Notes under the pieces: generated by a model
Seen by the model: the letters and a program-made list of their open reading frames with translations, nothing else
The model's database searches: none
What the model was told of the DNA's origin: nothing
Part shown: positions 1-8,855 of the stretch, piece by piece
Numbering within the stretch: the stretch's first letter is position 1
How the letters are laid out: each line of letters starts with the position of its first letter
Translations under genes and position numbers: made by a program
Virus record (IMG/VR): IMGVR_UViG_3300020045_001537
Location: 1-29,704 of that record
Length of the DNA: 29,704 bases
Reading direction: 5' to 3' (one strand)
From: a virus
Lineage: Duplodnaviria; Caudoviricetes

Positions 1-2
1 CT

Positions 3-419
3 CCGGAAAAAAGAGAAGCTCAAATCGGGTTCTTAGTCCGGCGCTTGTTAGGTGAAGGGATGTCTGAGGAAAAAGCTCTTGGGCAAGCCACTAAGCTATA
101 TCCAGAATCTGAAGCAGCTTCTCGCATCGTCCAAATCAAGAGCTACCGTAACAACGCACCACGGGCTGAGCATCTACCCTACGTGCAGGATTTTGTCCGC
201 TCTGGTAAGTGGAGTGCTGTGGATGATCTGGAGAATGCGGGGTTATACGAACATCCGTATACTCCTGGGAAGTATCTTACTGAAGACGAATTTAATGCCT
301 GGAAAACTAGTGGTAAAGACGAAAATGGCTACGCACAAGGCGGCCTAGTACACAAGTACGACCCTGCAGCTATTGGCGCACGTGCTGCTCAACTACTTGA
401 AGAATTGGAAATGCAATGA
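3..419 (+). CDS. 3' part of an upstream phage protein (5' truncated) ending in a YAQGGLV motif
   Basis: Frame is open from base 3 (PEKREAQIGFLVRRLLG...) and its stop overlaps the portal start (ATGA). IVQIKSYRNNAP resembles the QIKxxxNxxP tail of PcfJ-like domains (weak). Confidence 0.75.
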   Translation, partial: PEKREAQIGFLVRRLLGEGMSEEKALGQATKLYPESEAASRIVQIKSYRNNAPRAEHLPYVQDFVRSGKWSAVDDLENAGLYEHPYTPGKYLTEDEFNAWKTSGKDENGYAQGGLVHKYDPAAIGARAAQLLEELEMQ

Positions 420-2911
420 AAACAGAAAACGATGACTTGCTGCACGAAGCCCTAGAAGGCGAGACCATCGGGCTTCCGGAGAGCCCAGAGTCCGAGGTCA
501 TTGAGAATGAGGATGGGTCGGCAGTCATCCGTATGGAAGATGCTAAGGACAACGCAGCTAATCTTAAGCACTTTGCCAACATTGTTGATGAAGTTGACCA
601 GAAGGAGCTGAACCTTGCTGTGACAGATCTGTTAGACAAGATCGAGCGGGATAAGGAAGCACGAGCTAAGCGGGATAAGCTTTACGAAGAAGGCTTACGT
701 CGCACAGGCTTAGGCGATGATGCACCTGGCGGTGCGCAGTTCTCAGGCGCTAACAAAGCTGTGCACCCAATGCTAGTTGAAGCCTGCGTGGACTTTAGCG
801 CGCGGGTGATGAAAGAGATCTTCCCGCCTAACGGCCCCGTCAAGACTAAAGTGCTTGGCACAAAAGAAAAAGACAAGATGGAAAAGGCTGAGCGTAAGGC
901 GGCCTATATGAACTGGCAGCTTACTGAGCAGGTTCCCGAGTTTCGTGGCGAACTAGAGCAGCTGACTACACAAGTGCCTTTGGGCGGTGCACAGTACTTC
1001 AAAGCTATGTGGAATCCGCAGTATAGGCGGCCTGGGTTTGAGTTTATTCCTATTGATGACATCTATTTGCCATTTGCGGCAACTAACTTCTACTCTGCAG
1101 AACGGCGCACGCATGTCCAGTACCTGACGCGCTATGAGTACGACCGGCGTGTTAAGTCTGGCATGTATATCGACGTGGACCTAGCCCCAACGGCAGCGAT
1201 GCCCGAGTACAGTAAAGCAAGTACGGCCAACGACAAGATTGAAGGTCGCGAGGAAAGCTCTTTCAATGAAGACGGACTCCGTACAATTTTTGAGGTTTAT
1301 ACATTCCTAGATCTTGAAGGCGAAAACGTCTGCCCGTATATTATCTCTATTGATAAAACTACAGGCAAAGCGCTTAGCTTGTATCGCAATTGGGATGAAG
1401 GTGATACCCAGTATAACGAGCTTGAGTGGATTGTAGAGTTCCCCTTTGTGCCTTGGCGCGGTGCGTATCCCATCGGTCTTACACACATGATTGGTGGGTT
1501 GTCTGGTTCCGCTACTGGCGCGCTACGTGCACTGCTGGATAGCGCCCATATTCAGAACATGCCCACCTTGCTTAAACTGAAGGGCGGTCCTGACGGGCAG
1601 AATCTTAGCTTGCAGCCGACGGAAGTTGCTGAGATTGACGGCGGATCGCTTGTTGACGACATCCGCAAGATGGTAATGGCTGTCCCCTTCAATGGGCCTA
1701 GCGGCGTGCTATTCCAGCTCCTAGGCTTTTTGGTTGATGCAGGTAAAGGCGTAGTCCAGACAAGTTTTGAGAAGCTGTCTGACCAGAATCCAAATGCTCC
1801 TGTAGGTACTACGCTTGCGCTCATTGAGCAAGGCATGGTAGTGTTCAGCTCTATCCATGCACGGATGCATAATTCTATGAGCCGGGTCTTTAAGATCCTG
1901 CATCGTATCAATTCTGCGTACCTAACTGCAGAAGACATTGCAGCGCAAGGTTCTGGGCTAAACATCCAACCGTCAGACTTTGACGGCCCAATGGACGTCA
2001 TCCCCGTCTCAGATCCTGCTGTCTTTAGCGAGACGCAGCGTTTTGCACAGATCCAAGCAGTTATCCAACGTGCAGCGCTGCTCCCGCAGATGTATAATCA
2101 GCGTAAGGTTGAGGAGATGTTCTTGCGGAGTTTAAAGCTCCCTGATGATGTCCTTAATCCCAAAGTTGGTGAAGACGACGTTGATCCTGTTAGCGAGAAT
2201 GTTGCTGCCGCAATGGGTCGCCCCGTTTATGTGCTCCCCAAGCAAGATCACATACCACACCTCAAAGCACACATGGCCTTCTTACAGTCCCCACTGTTTG
2301 GCATGAATCCTGTGATTGCCCGGACGTACCTCCCGCCTATGGTGCAGCATCTACGTGACCATTTATTAAGCTACTATATGGTAGAGTCCCTGCGGGGTAT
2401 GAAGCTAGCTACAGAGAAGCAGCTGATCACAGACGACTCCCATGAGGAAGTGCAAGTTATTATGCAAGTTCAGCAGATGATTGAGCAGGAACTTGGTAGC
2501 TTTGTGCAGTTGCTTCCACAAATTGCGCAAGAAGCCCAGAAATACGCACCGCCGTCAGCTGCAGCAGATCCGTCCATGGCTGTGGCCCAGCTTAATGCGC
2601 AGTTACAAGAGAAGCTTGCTGGGCAACGCGCACAGATCGACCAAGCTAAGCTTCAGCTTGAGCAGGCAAAATTGCAGCAGAAACCACAGTTTGATTCTCA
2701 AATGGCCCAGCAAAAGGCCCAAACTGACATGCAGCGTGAAATGATGCGCCAAGAGGCTGAAAATCAGCGTAAAATGGCTGAAATTCAGTCCCGTTACGCA
2801 ATGAATCGCGAAGACAATGATGTTGCTATGCGGATTGTGGCAGCAGAAATTCGGAGTGGCGAAAAGTCTAATTTAAGTACCGGAACCGGTATTAACCCCG
2901 GACCACGTTAA
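416..2911 (+). CDS. Portal protein with long C-terminal Gln-rich coiled-coil barrel
   Basis: 831 aa. HPMLVEACVDFSAR, AERKAAYMNWQL and GTTLALIEQG segments are typical of P22/SU10-type portals; position is first in the head module. Confidence 0.88.
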   Translation: MKTENDDLLHEALEGETIGLPESPESEVIENEDGSAVIRMEDAKDNAANLKHFANIVDEVDQKELNLAVTDLLDKIERDKEARAKRDKLYEEGLRRTGLGDDAPGGAQFSGANKAVHPMLVEACVDFSARVMKEIFPPNGPVKTKVLGTKEKDKMEKAERKAAYMNWQLTEQVPEFRGELEQLTTQVPLGGAQYFKAMWNPQYRRPGFEFIPIDDIYLPFAATNFYSAERRTHVQYLTRYEYDRRVKSGMYIDVDLAPTAAMPEYSKASTANDKIEGREESSFNEDGLRTIFEVYTFLDLEGENVCPYIISIDKTTGKALSLYRNWDEGDTQYNELEWIVEFPFVPWRGAYPIGLTHMIGGLSGSATGALRALLDSAHIQNMPTLLKLKGGPDGQNLSLQPTEVAEIDGGSLVDDIRKMVMAVPFNGPSGVLFQLLGFLVDAGKGVVQTSFEKLSDQNPNAPVGTTLALIEQGMVVFSSIHARMHNSMSRVFKILHRINSAYLTAEDIAAQGSGLNIQPSDFDGPMDVIPVSDPAVFSETQRFAQIQAVIQRAALLPQMYNQRKVEEMFLRSLKLPDDVLNPKVGEDDVDPVSENVAAAMGRPVYVLPKQDHIPHLKAHMAFLQSPLFGMNPVIARTYLPPMVQHLRDHLLSYYMVESLRGMKLATEKQLITDDSHEEVQVIMQVQQMIEQELGSFVQLLPQIAQEAQKYAPPSAAADPSMAVAQLNAQLQEKLAGQRAQIDQAKLQLEQAKLQQKPQFDSQMAQQKAQTDMQREMMRQEAENQRKMAEIQSRYAMNREDNDVAMRIVAAEIRSGEKSNLSTGTGINPGPR

Positions 2912-3612
2912 TGAACGCTTTCTATACATACTTCCATACGCGCAATGACACCGGGGCAGTGTTTTACGTAGGTAAAGGCCAAGGGCGTAGAGCCCATGAC
3001 GTGTACCGTAATCCTCACTGGAAAAACATTGTTGCAAAGCACGGGCATACTGTTCATTTTGCAATGACTGGTTTGTCTGAGATTGAAGCTTTCGAGCATG
3101 AAAAATTCCTAATCCTTTGTTTTAAAGACATGGGCGTTGCACTTACAAATATGACGCATGGCGGTGAGGGTGCCGCAGGTTACCGGCATACTCCTGAAAA
3201 TATTGCCGCAAATCGTGCGCGTGTAGCAGCACAAATGCAAGACCCTGCGTTACGTAAACATTTCCAAGAACTGGCACTTGAACGCTGCAAAGATACAGCA
3301 TACACAGACAAGCTTGGCACAATACAAAAAGAAAAATGGCAGGATGACACGCATCGGGCTAAAATGGTTGCTGCAGCAGTAAAGCGCTGGGGTAATCCTG
3401 AAGAGCGTGCTGCGCAAAGTGCTAGAACAAAAGCACATATGCAGTTGCCTGAAAATCGTGAGCGTATGCGCCAGATAAACCTTGGAAAAGTACGCTCGCC
3501 AGAAGCCATTGCAAAAAGTGCAGCTGCACAAAAGAACAAGTTTGTTTCGGAAGAAACACGGGCTAACATGAGAGCAGCCTGGGTTAAGCGTAAAGCTCTC
3601 AAAAGTAATTAA
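2911..3612 (+). CDS. Free-standing GIY-YIG homing endonuclease with NUMOD3-like C-terminal repeats
   Basis: FYTY...FYVGKG..RR, downstream E (FEHEK) and N (LTNMTHGGEG), then HTPENIAA, RSPEAIAK and VSEETRANMR motifs. TAATG overlap with the portal stop. Confidence 0.85.
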   Translation: MNAFYTYFHTRNDTGAVFYVGKGQGRRAHDVYRNPHWKNIVAKHGHTVHFAMTGLSEIEAFEHEKFLILCFKDMGVALTNMTHGGEGAAGYRHTPENIAANRARVAAQMQDPALRKHFQELALERCKDTAYTDKLGTIQKEKWQDDTHRAKMVAAAVKRWGNPEERAAQSARTKAHMQLPENRERMRQINLGKVRSPEAIAKSAAAQKNKFVSEETRANMRAAWVKRKALKSN

Positions 3613-3627
3613 CCTTAGGAGCACCAA

Positions 3628-3723
3628 ATGGCAACTGAAAACGCAACTCGTCAGCACTATAAATTGGCTACCGGTAAGCCTGTCAATCAACCCGTTCCTA
3701 CCAACCCCAAAACGCCTGCATGA
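3628..3723 (+). CDS. 31-aa peptide MATENATRQHYKLATGKPVNQPVPTNPKTPA (not in ORF track)
   Basis: AGGAG SD at about 3617-3621, ATG at 3628, and a stop overlapping the next ATG (ATGA). Confidence 0.7.
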   Translation: MATENATRQHYKLATGKPVNQPVPTNPKTPA

Positions 3724-3908
3724 CAGAGCAATACCTGCTTAACCGACTCAAAGAGGAGCAGGTTAAGTACTCAGTTAACGCGCTCCGCAATCCTGGCGAT
3801 AAAGGTCTGTTTGACTTTGGAAGCCGCGTTGGATTTGTGGCCGGTCTTGAGCACGCCATTGCTATATTGCTAAAGGCCGTAGACGAAGAGAACTCAAAAG
3901 ATCTCTAA
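3720..3908 (+). CDS. Small hypothetical head-module protein (62 aa)
   Basis: ATGA-coupled ORF with a helical F..RVGFVAGLEHA segment, directly upstream of the GroES-like gene. Confidence 0.75.
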   Translation: MTEQYLLNRLKEEQVKYSVNALRNPGDKGLFDFGSRVGFVAGLEHAIAILLKAVDEENSKDL

Positions 3909-3942
3909 ACTAGCCGCTGTTGGCTGGTTGAGGTACCCCGCA

Positions 3943-3958
3943 CTGCTGAAAGGAGCAG
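3943..3958 (+). promoter_or_regulatory. SD-containing hairpin CTGCT-GAAAGG-AGCAG before the groES-like gene
   Basis: 5-bp stem around AAGGAG, ATG at 3961. Second copy at 5347-5362. Confidence 0.6.
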
Positions 3959-3960
3959 AT

Positions 3961-4353
3961 ATGTCAGCTTTAGAAAACGCATTTCCAGTAGGTGACCCTG
4001 GTATTAAGCCCTTGGGTTCTCGCGTTTTGGTCCAAGTCCGTTCACCAGAAGCCCGTTCTAAAGGCGGGATTATTCTGAGTGTCAATGACCAAGACACCCA
4101 AATGTGGAACACACAAGTAGCTAAAGTCCTTGCTGTTGGGTCCCTTGCCTTCAAAAACCGGAATAATATGGAGCCTTGGCCCGAAGGTGCCTGGTGTCAA
4201 GAAGGTGACTTTGTTCGGGCGCCTAAGTATGGTGGTGACCGTTGGACCACAGAACTTCCTGATGGGCAGAAGTGCTACTACATGCTTATCAATGACATGG
4301 ATGTTCTTGGCATTGTTACCACGGACCCCCTTGCTATCAAAGCGTTTTTCTAA
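3961..4353 (+). CDS. groES: GroES/Cpn10-like co-chaperonin
   Basis: IKPLGSRVLVQ, mobile loop SKGGIIL, AKVLAVG, GDFV..PKYGG, LINDMDVLG. Start placed at ATG 3961 after the SD. Confidence 0.88.
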   Translation: MSALENAFPVGDPGIKPLGSRVLVQVRSPEARSKGGIILSVNDQDTQMWNTQVAKVLAVGSLAFKNRNNMEPWPEGAWCQEGDFVRAPKYGGDRWTTELPDGQKCYYMLINDMDVLGIVTTDPLAIKAFF

Positions 4354-4362
4354 GGACATATC

Positions 4363-5316
4363 ATGGCAAAGCCCCAAGTAATGACAGAGGATGAAGATGT
4401 TAAGCAACCTGCTGAAGAACTGGTCGTTGTGGAGAAAAAACCTGAGCCTGTGGTTAAGGCTGAAGATGACGACGATGAAGATGAGCATCCGGAAACGACT
4501 GAACAAGACGTAAATCCTGATGACCCAGACGATAAGGAGCGCGAAGCAATTCGTGAAAGGCGGCGGCTGGAAAAGATTGAGCGCAAAGAGCGTCGTGACA
4601 AAGCTATTCAGCGGGACAAGCTCGAACTTGATTTTCTGAGTAAGCGCAATGCTGAGCTCGAACGGAGGTTCTCAGCGCTTGAGCAACGCCAGCATACGGC
4701 TGATATTAACAACGTAGATGGGCAACTCCGTGAAGCGCTCAACGAGTTTGATATGGCTGAGAAGGTTATTGCTAAGGCAGTTGCTGCCGGTAATGGCGAC
4801 GACGTTACGCAGGCTATGCGCTATCGTGATCAGGCAATGGCAAAGGCCCAGCAGCTGAAAGCCCTGAAAGAACGTGCTGCGCAGCAAGCTCCGCAGCCTC
4901 GACAGCAAGGCATGGACGATATTACCTTACACTATGCTAAGGAATTTGTCAAAGAGAATTCTTGGTATGATCCGCAAGGCCGGGACGAAGAATCGGCCGT
5001 TGTGCTTGCAATTGACCAGACTTTGGTCCGTGATGGCTTTAAGCCGAATACGGAGGAATACTGGGCTGAATTACGAAAACGTGCAGCACGCCGCTTGCCC
5101 GAAAAATTTAAAACTGTCAGCGACGAACGAGCCCCACGTGGTGGCCCAGCTATGGGATCTGGCCGTGAGCACGCACCTACGTCCACCCGCAAAGAAGTTT
5201 ACATCAGTCCTGAGCGTAAAGCTGCACTTGTGGAAGCAGGCGTCTGGGATGATCCTGTACTTCGCATGAAATACGTCAAACGTTACTCAGAGTATGACCG
5301 AAACAATCGTGCTTAA
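4363..5316 (+). CDS. Putative capsid scaffolding protein
   Basis: Acidic disordered N-terminus, long charged coiled coil, short C-terminal helical motif; lies upstream of the MCP. Confidence 0.6.
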   Translation: MAKPQVMTEDEDVKQPAEELVVVEKKPEPVVKAEDDDDEDEHPETTEQDVNPDDPDDKEREAIRERRRLEKIERKERRDKAIQRDKLELDFLSKRNAELERRFSALEQRQHTADINNVDGQLREALNEFDMAEKVIAKAVAAGNGDDVTQAMRYRDQAMAKAQQLKALKERAAQQAPQPRQQGMDDITLHYAKEFVKENSWYDPQGRDEESAVVLAIDQTLVRDGFKPNTEEYWAELRKRAARRLPEKFKTVSDERAPRGGPAMGSGREHAPTSTRKEVYISPERKAALVEAGVWDDPVLRMKYVKRYSEYDRNNRA

Positions 5317-5329
5317 TTTCCCAATTTAT

Positions 5330-5339
5330 TGTTATAATT
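5330..5339 (+). promoter_or_regulatory. Extended -10 promoter (TGTTATAAT)
   Basis: TGn-TATAAT in an AT-rich intergenic gap; shares GTTATAATT with sites at 10224 and 18839. Confidence 0.6.
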
Positions 5340-5346
5340 AGCCCAA

Positions 5347-5362
5347 TCGCTGAAAGGAGCGA
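5347..5362 (+). promoter_or_regulatory. SD-containing hairpin TCGCT-GAAAGG-AGCGA
   Basis: Same GCTGAAAGGAGC core as 3945-3956, with compensatory outer pairs; ATG at 5368. Confidence 0.6.
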
Positions 5363-5367
5363 GAAAA

Positions 5368-5895
5368 ATGTCCGACGAACGCCTAAAAAAATCTGCTGAT
5401 ATTCGTGAGAGCCGCGCAGCAACTGATCGACCAGTTACTGAAGATCGTGCTGTCTCCGAAGCTGAGCGGGTTGAAATGTTCCGCCAACAGTTATTTCAAT
5501 CCGCTCTGCCGGATTTACCTAAGTTGCCTGGCTGGCATACGTGCTGGCTTACAACTACCAATCCTCGGGATTCTATTCAAGCGCGGTTGCGTTTGGGTTA
5601 CGAACCTATTAAGCCAGAAGACGTTCCTGGCTGGGAATATGCCTCCATCAAAACTGGTGAGTGGCAAGGGTTCATCGGTGTGAATGAGATGCTTGCGTTT
5701 AAGCTGCCGCAAAGTCTGTATCTGGCCTACATGCGTGAAGCACATCATGATGCTCCATTGCGTGAAGAAGAGAAATTGACGGACACAGCAGACTTCATGG
5801 CGCAGCAAGCTCGTGCACACGGGTCAAATGTGATGATTGGAGATGGTAATTCCGAGTTGGGGCAAAAACGTTCGGCTCAATTTGAGCTGGTTTAA
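5368..5895 (+). CDS. Conserved phage head-module protein of unknown function
   Basis: 175 aa, strong SD, between scaffold and capsid genes; WHTCWL...LGYEPI motif. Confidence 0.75.
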   Translation: MSDERLKKSADIRESRAATDRPVTEDRAVSEAERVEMFRQQLFQSALPDLPKLPGWHTCWLTTTNPRDSIQARLRLGYEPIKPEDVPGWEYASIKTGEWQGFIGVNEMLAFKLPQSLYLAYMREAHHDAPLREEEKLTDTADFMAQQARAHGSNVMIGDGNSELGQKRSAQFELV

Positions 5896-5918
5896 GTCCA
5901 TTTTAGGAGTACGACTAA

Positions 5919-6476
5919 ATGTCTACCGTTTCCGCACCTTTTGGCTTCCGTGCGGCTTATAACCCATCTGGGGTTATTCGTCCGCGGAAGTACACCATTG
6001 CGACTGGTTATGCCACCGCAATTTACTCGGGTAACCCCGTCATGCTGGAAGGCACCGCTGGCACTATTACCAATGCTGGCACCACTGGCGATTTGCTCGG
6101 CATCTTTGTTGGCTGCGAATACAAAGACTCGACGGGCAAGCCCACCGTGTCCAACTTCTGGCCTGCATCGACAACCGCAACTGAAATCGTTGCATGGGTC
6201 ATTGACGACTACAACACCGTGTTTGAAGTTCAGAACGTAGGTTCTGTGACGCAAGCCAACATTGGTGAAGAAGCCAACGTCTCTACGCTGTCTGGTTCTA
6301 CCTCTACTGGTTTGGCGAGCACCACGCTGGCCGCGCCTAACGGCACGACCCAATCGCAGTTCCGCATCATCGGCTTTGCTGGTGGCGTGGATAATGCTCC
6401 TGGTGACACTTACACGGTTGTGCAAGTGACGATCGCTCAATCTCAAATTGCTTTCAGCAATAAGGTAGGTGTGTAA
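5919..6476 (+). CDS. Putative capsid cement/decoration protein
   Basis: 185 aa, Thr/Gly-rich beta-type protein, AGGAG SD, TAATG-coupled to the MCP. Confidence 0.6.
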   Translation: MSTVSAPFGFRAAYNPSGVIRPRKYTIATGYATAIYSGNPVMLEGTAGTITNAGTTGDLLGIFVGCEYKDSTGKPTVSNFWPASTTATEIVAWVIDDYNTVFEVQNVGSVTQANIGEEANVSTLSGSTSTGLASTTLAAPNGTTQSQFRIIGFAGGVDNAPGDTYTVVQVTIAQSQIAFSNKVGV

Positions 6477-7390
6477 TGGCAACTCCAATGCGTTCTACGG
6501 ACTTCCGTGCGGTAGTTGAGCCGATTCTCAATGAGGTGTTTGATGGGGTGTACGACCAACGTGCAGATGAGTGGAAGCAAGTCTTCAATGAGCAGAAGGG
6601 TATCGCTCGCACTTACCATGAAGAGCCTGTGCTCTATGGCTTCGGTGCTGCGCCTGAGCTGCCTGACGGCATGGCGGTCACTTATCAGTCCGGTGGCGTG
6701 CTATTCCAGCAGCGCTATCTGTACAAGGTCTACGGCTTAGCATTTGCTTTGACGAAGGTCTTGGTTGAAGACGGTGACCACATTCGTATCGGCCAGACCT
6801 ATGCCAAGCACTTGGCGCAGTCGCTGATTGAGACAAAGGAAACACTCTGTGCCAATATCTTGAATCGTGCTTTCAACAGCTCGTACAAGGGTGGTGACGG
6901 TGTGGAATTGTGCTCGGCCAGTCACCCGATCGTGAGCGGTACGTTCTCCAACGTGCTGAGCACTGCTGCCGCCCTGTCGCAGACCTCACTTGAGCAGTTG
7001 CTCATCCAGATCCGCAACGCAGTTGACAACAACGGCAAGCGTATCCGCCTGACACCCAAGAAGATCGTCACAGGTCCTTCTAACGTGTTTCAAGCTGAAG
7101 TGCTGCTGAAGTCTGTCCTGCGTACTGGTTCTGCTGACAACGACATCAATCCTGTCAAGTCCATGGGCTTGTTGGATGGCGGTCAAGCTAACCTGTCGCG
7201 TATCACCTCCACCACCATGTGGGGCATCCAGACTGACGCCAGCGAGGGCTTGAAACTCTTGATGCGCCGTTCGCTCGACAAGAGCATGGAAGGTGACTTT
7301 GAGACTGACTCAATGCGCTACAAGGCCACTGAGCGTTACGCAGTGGGCTGGACTGACCCACGTGGCTTCTACGGCACCGCAGGCGTCTAA
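6476..7390 (+). CDS. Major capsid protein (HK97 fold, Mu gpT-like)
   Basis: 304 aa, strongly biased codons; YGLAFALT, GGDGVELCSASHP, DFETDSMRYKATERY..GWTDPRG motifs; followed by a terminator. Confidence 0.88.
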   Translation: MATPMRSTDFRAVVEPILNEVFDGVYDQRADEWKQVFNEQKGIARTYHEEPVLYGFGAAPELPDGMAVTYQSGGVLFQQRYLYKVYGLAFALTKVLVEDGDHIRIGQTYAKHLAQSLIETKETLCANILNRAFNSSYKGGDGVELCSASHPIVSGTFSNVLSTAAALSQTSLEQLLIQIRNAVDNNGKRIRLTPKKIVTGPSNVFQAEVLLKSVLRTGSADNDINPVKSMGLLDGGQANLSRITSTTMWGIQTDASEGLKLLMRRSLDKSMEGDFETDSMRYKATERYAVGWTDPRGFYGTAGV

Positions 7391-7403
7391 GGAGTAATCT
7401 CCT

Positions 7404-7438
7404 AAAGTCCTCCGGTGTTACGCGCCTGAGGACTTTGT
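7404..7438 (+). terminator. Probable intrinsic terminator after the MCP (short U tract, likely leaky)
   Basis: AAAGTCCTC (7404-7412) pairs with GAGGACTTT (7428-7436); inner GGTGT/GCGCC stem. Confidence 0.6.
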
Positions 7439-7450
7439 GGGGTTATCTCG

Positions 7451-7516
7451 GTACTACTGACAGCCGCACCCCGGCTGACGACATGCAGACAGTAGTACTC
7501 AACTTGCATGTAAGGA
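7451..7516 (+). ncRNA. Structured cis-RNA with pseudoknot, candidate Mu-gpT-DE-like motif
   Basis: P1 GTACTACTG/CAGTAGTAC (7451-7459/7490-7498); P2 CAGCCG/CGGCTG (7461-7466/7472-7477); pseudoknot ACATGCA/TGCATGT (7481-7487/7505-7511) abutting SD AAGGA. Lies downstream of a gpT-like MCP. Confidence 0.7.
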
Positions 7517-7522
7517 AGCATC

Positions 7523-7984
7523 ATGGCACGCACTACTTTCTCTGGCCCTGTAAAGTCTAACAATGGCTTTGAGGGCGACATCACCGGAACCGTAACGGGC
7601 CGAGCGCTTGTTGAAACGGTAACTTCCACAAACGTCATTACCGCAGCGGAATCAGGCACCACCTACTTCCTCTCAGCCGCGGCAGGTTTTGCCTCTACAC
7701 TCCCAGCGCCCTCTTCCGGCTTGCACTTCTCGTTTGTTGTGATTACTGCACCCACCAGCAACGGTTACACCATTGGAACCAATGCTGGCGCAAACATTAT
7801 GTCAGGTACCCACAGCGTTACAGCAACTGGCGGCGGTTCAGCCATTGCTGATGCTGACGTCATCACCTTGGTGCATAACAGCGCAGTAGCCGGTGACCGC
7901 GTAGATGTGGTTTCTAACGGGACATACTGGTACGTCACCGCAAGCTCTACGCTGAAAGCTAGCATCACATCCGCAGCGACCTAA
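7523..7984 (+). CDS. Putative head decoration/head fibre protein
   Basis: N-terminal MARTTFSGPVKSNNGF; TLPAPSSGLHFSFVV and AGDRVDVVSNGTYWYV fibre-like segments. Confidence 0.6.
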   Translation: MARTTFSGPVKSNNGFEGDITGTVTGRALVETVTSTNVITAAESGTTYFLSAAAGFASTLPAPSSGLHFSFVVITAPTSNGYTIGTNAGANIMSGTHSVTATGGGSAIADADVITLVHNSAVAGDRVDVVSNGTYWYVTASSTLKASITSAAT

Positions 7985-7994
7985 GGAGTAGTAC

Positions 7995-8327
7995 ATGCGA
8001 CCAATCCGAGTTTCGGTTGGGTCAGCGACAACGTCTGCAGTGATCCCCCTCGATCAGTACATTAGCCCGTTTAATGTATCGATTGGGGTGGCGCTTAGTG
8101 CAGGGGCCTCGCTCACCTACAAAGTCCAGCACACGTTTGATAACGTGTTTGCAGCCGGGTTTAACCCAGCCACTGCTACGTGGTATGATCACGCTACACT
8201 GACGTCTAAGACCGCCTCGTCTGACGGTAACTATGCTTATCCCGTGTCGGCTATCCGGCTGAATGTTGACCCGTATACGTCTGGCACTGCCACTATGAAC
8301 GTGCTGCAAGCTGGTATTATTGCTTAA
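7995..8327 (+). CDS. Small beta-rich virion protein
   Basis: 110 aa, TAAGGAG SD; YKVQHTFD and YPVSAIRL jelly-roll-like strands. Confidence 0.65.
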   Translation: MRPIRVSVGSATTSAVIPLDQYISPFNVSIGVALSAGASLTYKVQHTFDNVFAAGFNPATATWYDHATLTSKTASSDGNYAYPVSAIRLNVDPYTSGTATMNVLQAGIIA

Positions 8328-8336
8328 GGAACCACC

Positions 8337-8852
8337 ATGGCAAATCCAAAAGAACTCCAGAAATTTCTGGACTTGTGGGGACCAGTGGTTGCCTCGCTCC
8401 CTGCAGTTATCAATTCGCTTGAACGCGAGAATGATCTGAATCGCAATTTGGCTATCATGGAAGCACGCCTGCAGGAACTAAACAAGCAATGTGAAGATGC
8501 GGCGGGTTGTGCTACTGAAGCTTTGAATAAGATTCGAGATGAGCTTGATGCAGTTCAAGCGCAGAAAGCAAATGTTGCTACTGAGGTGCTCGCAGCAAAA
8601 GGGCAGGCACAGAAGGATATTGCAGATGCCAAGAAAGCTGCGGATGTAGACATTGCTGCGCATAAGGCGCGAGCTGCTAAGGCTAGGTCTGATGCAGCCG
8701 CTGTTGAAAAAGACGCTGCTGTGCGCATTGCCAAAGCAGACGCGGACATTACAGCTAAGGTAGCTGCAGGTGAGGCAGTGCTAGCTGAACTTGAAGCCCG
8801 TCGGTTGATTGCTGAAAAAGTCTTGGCCGACCTGCGTGCTAAGCTGGGCTAG
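8337..8852 (+). CDS. Ala/Lys-rich coiled-coil protein
   Basis: 171 aa, heptad-like composition, AAGGA SD. Confidence 0.7.
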   Translation: MANPKELQKFLDLWGPVVASLPAVINSLERENDLNRNLAIMEARLQELNKQCEDAAGCATEALNKIRDELDAVQAQKANVATEVLAAKGQAQKDIADAKKAADVDIAAHKARAAKARSDAAAVEKDAAVRIAKADADITAKVAAGEAVLAELEARRLIAEKVLADLRAKLG

Positions 8853-8855
8853 GCC

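Noticed and set aside
2091-2100. TATAAT inside the portal gene (another near 19252)
   Set aside because: Intragenic and lacking the GTTATAATT context of the three intergenic sites.
2881-3627. Group I intron or intein around the GIY-YIG gene
   Set aside because: The portal ends normally before it and there is no flanking non-coding space for a ribozyme core.
3908-3929. Hairpin AACTAGCC/GGCTGGTT as a terminator
   Set aside because: Weak stem with no U tract, in the middle of an operon.
7388-7406. MCP readthrough/frameshift extension or an ORF after TAAGGAG
   Set aside because: No slippery site, nearby stops, and no start codon; AGGAG is paired in a small hairpin with CTCCT.
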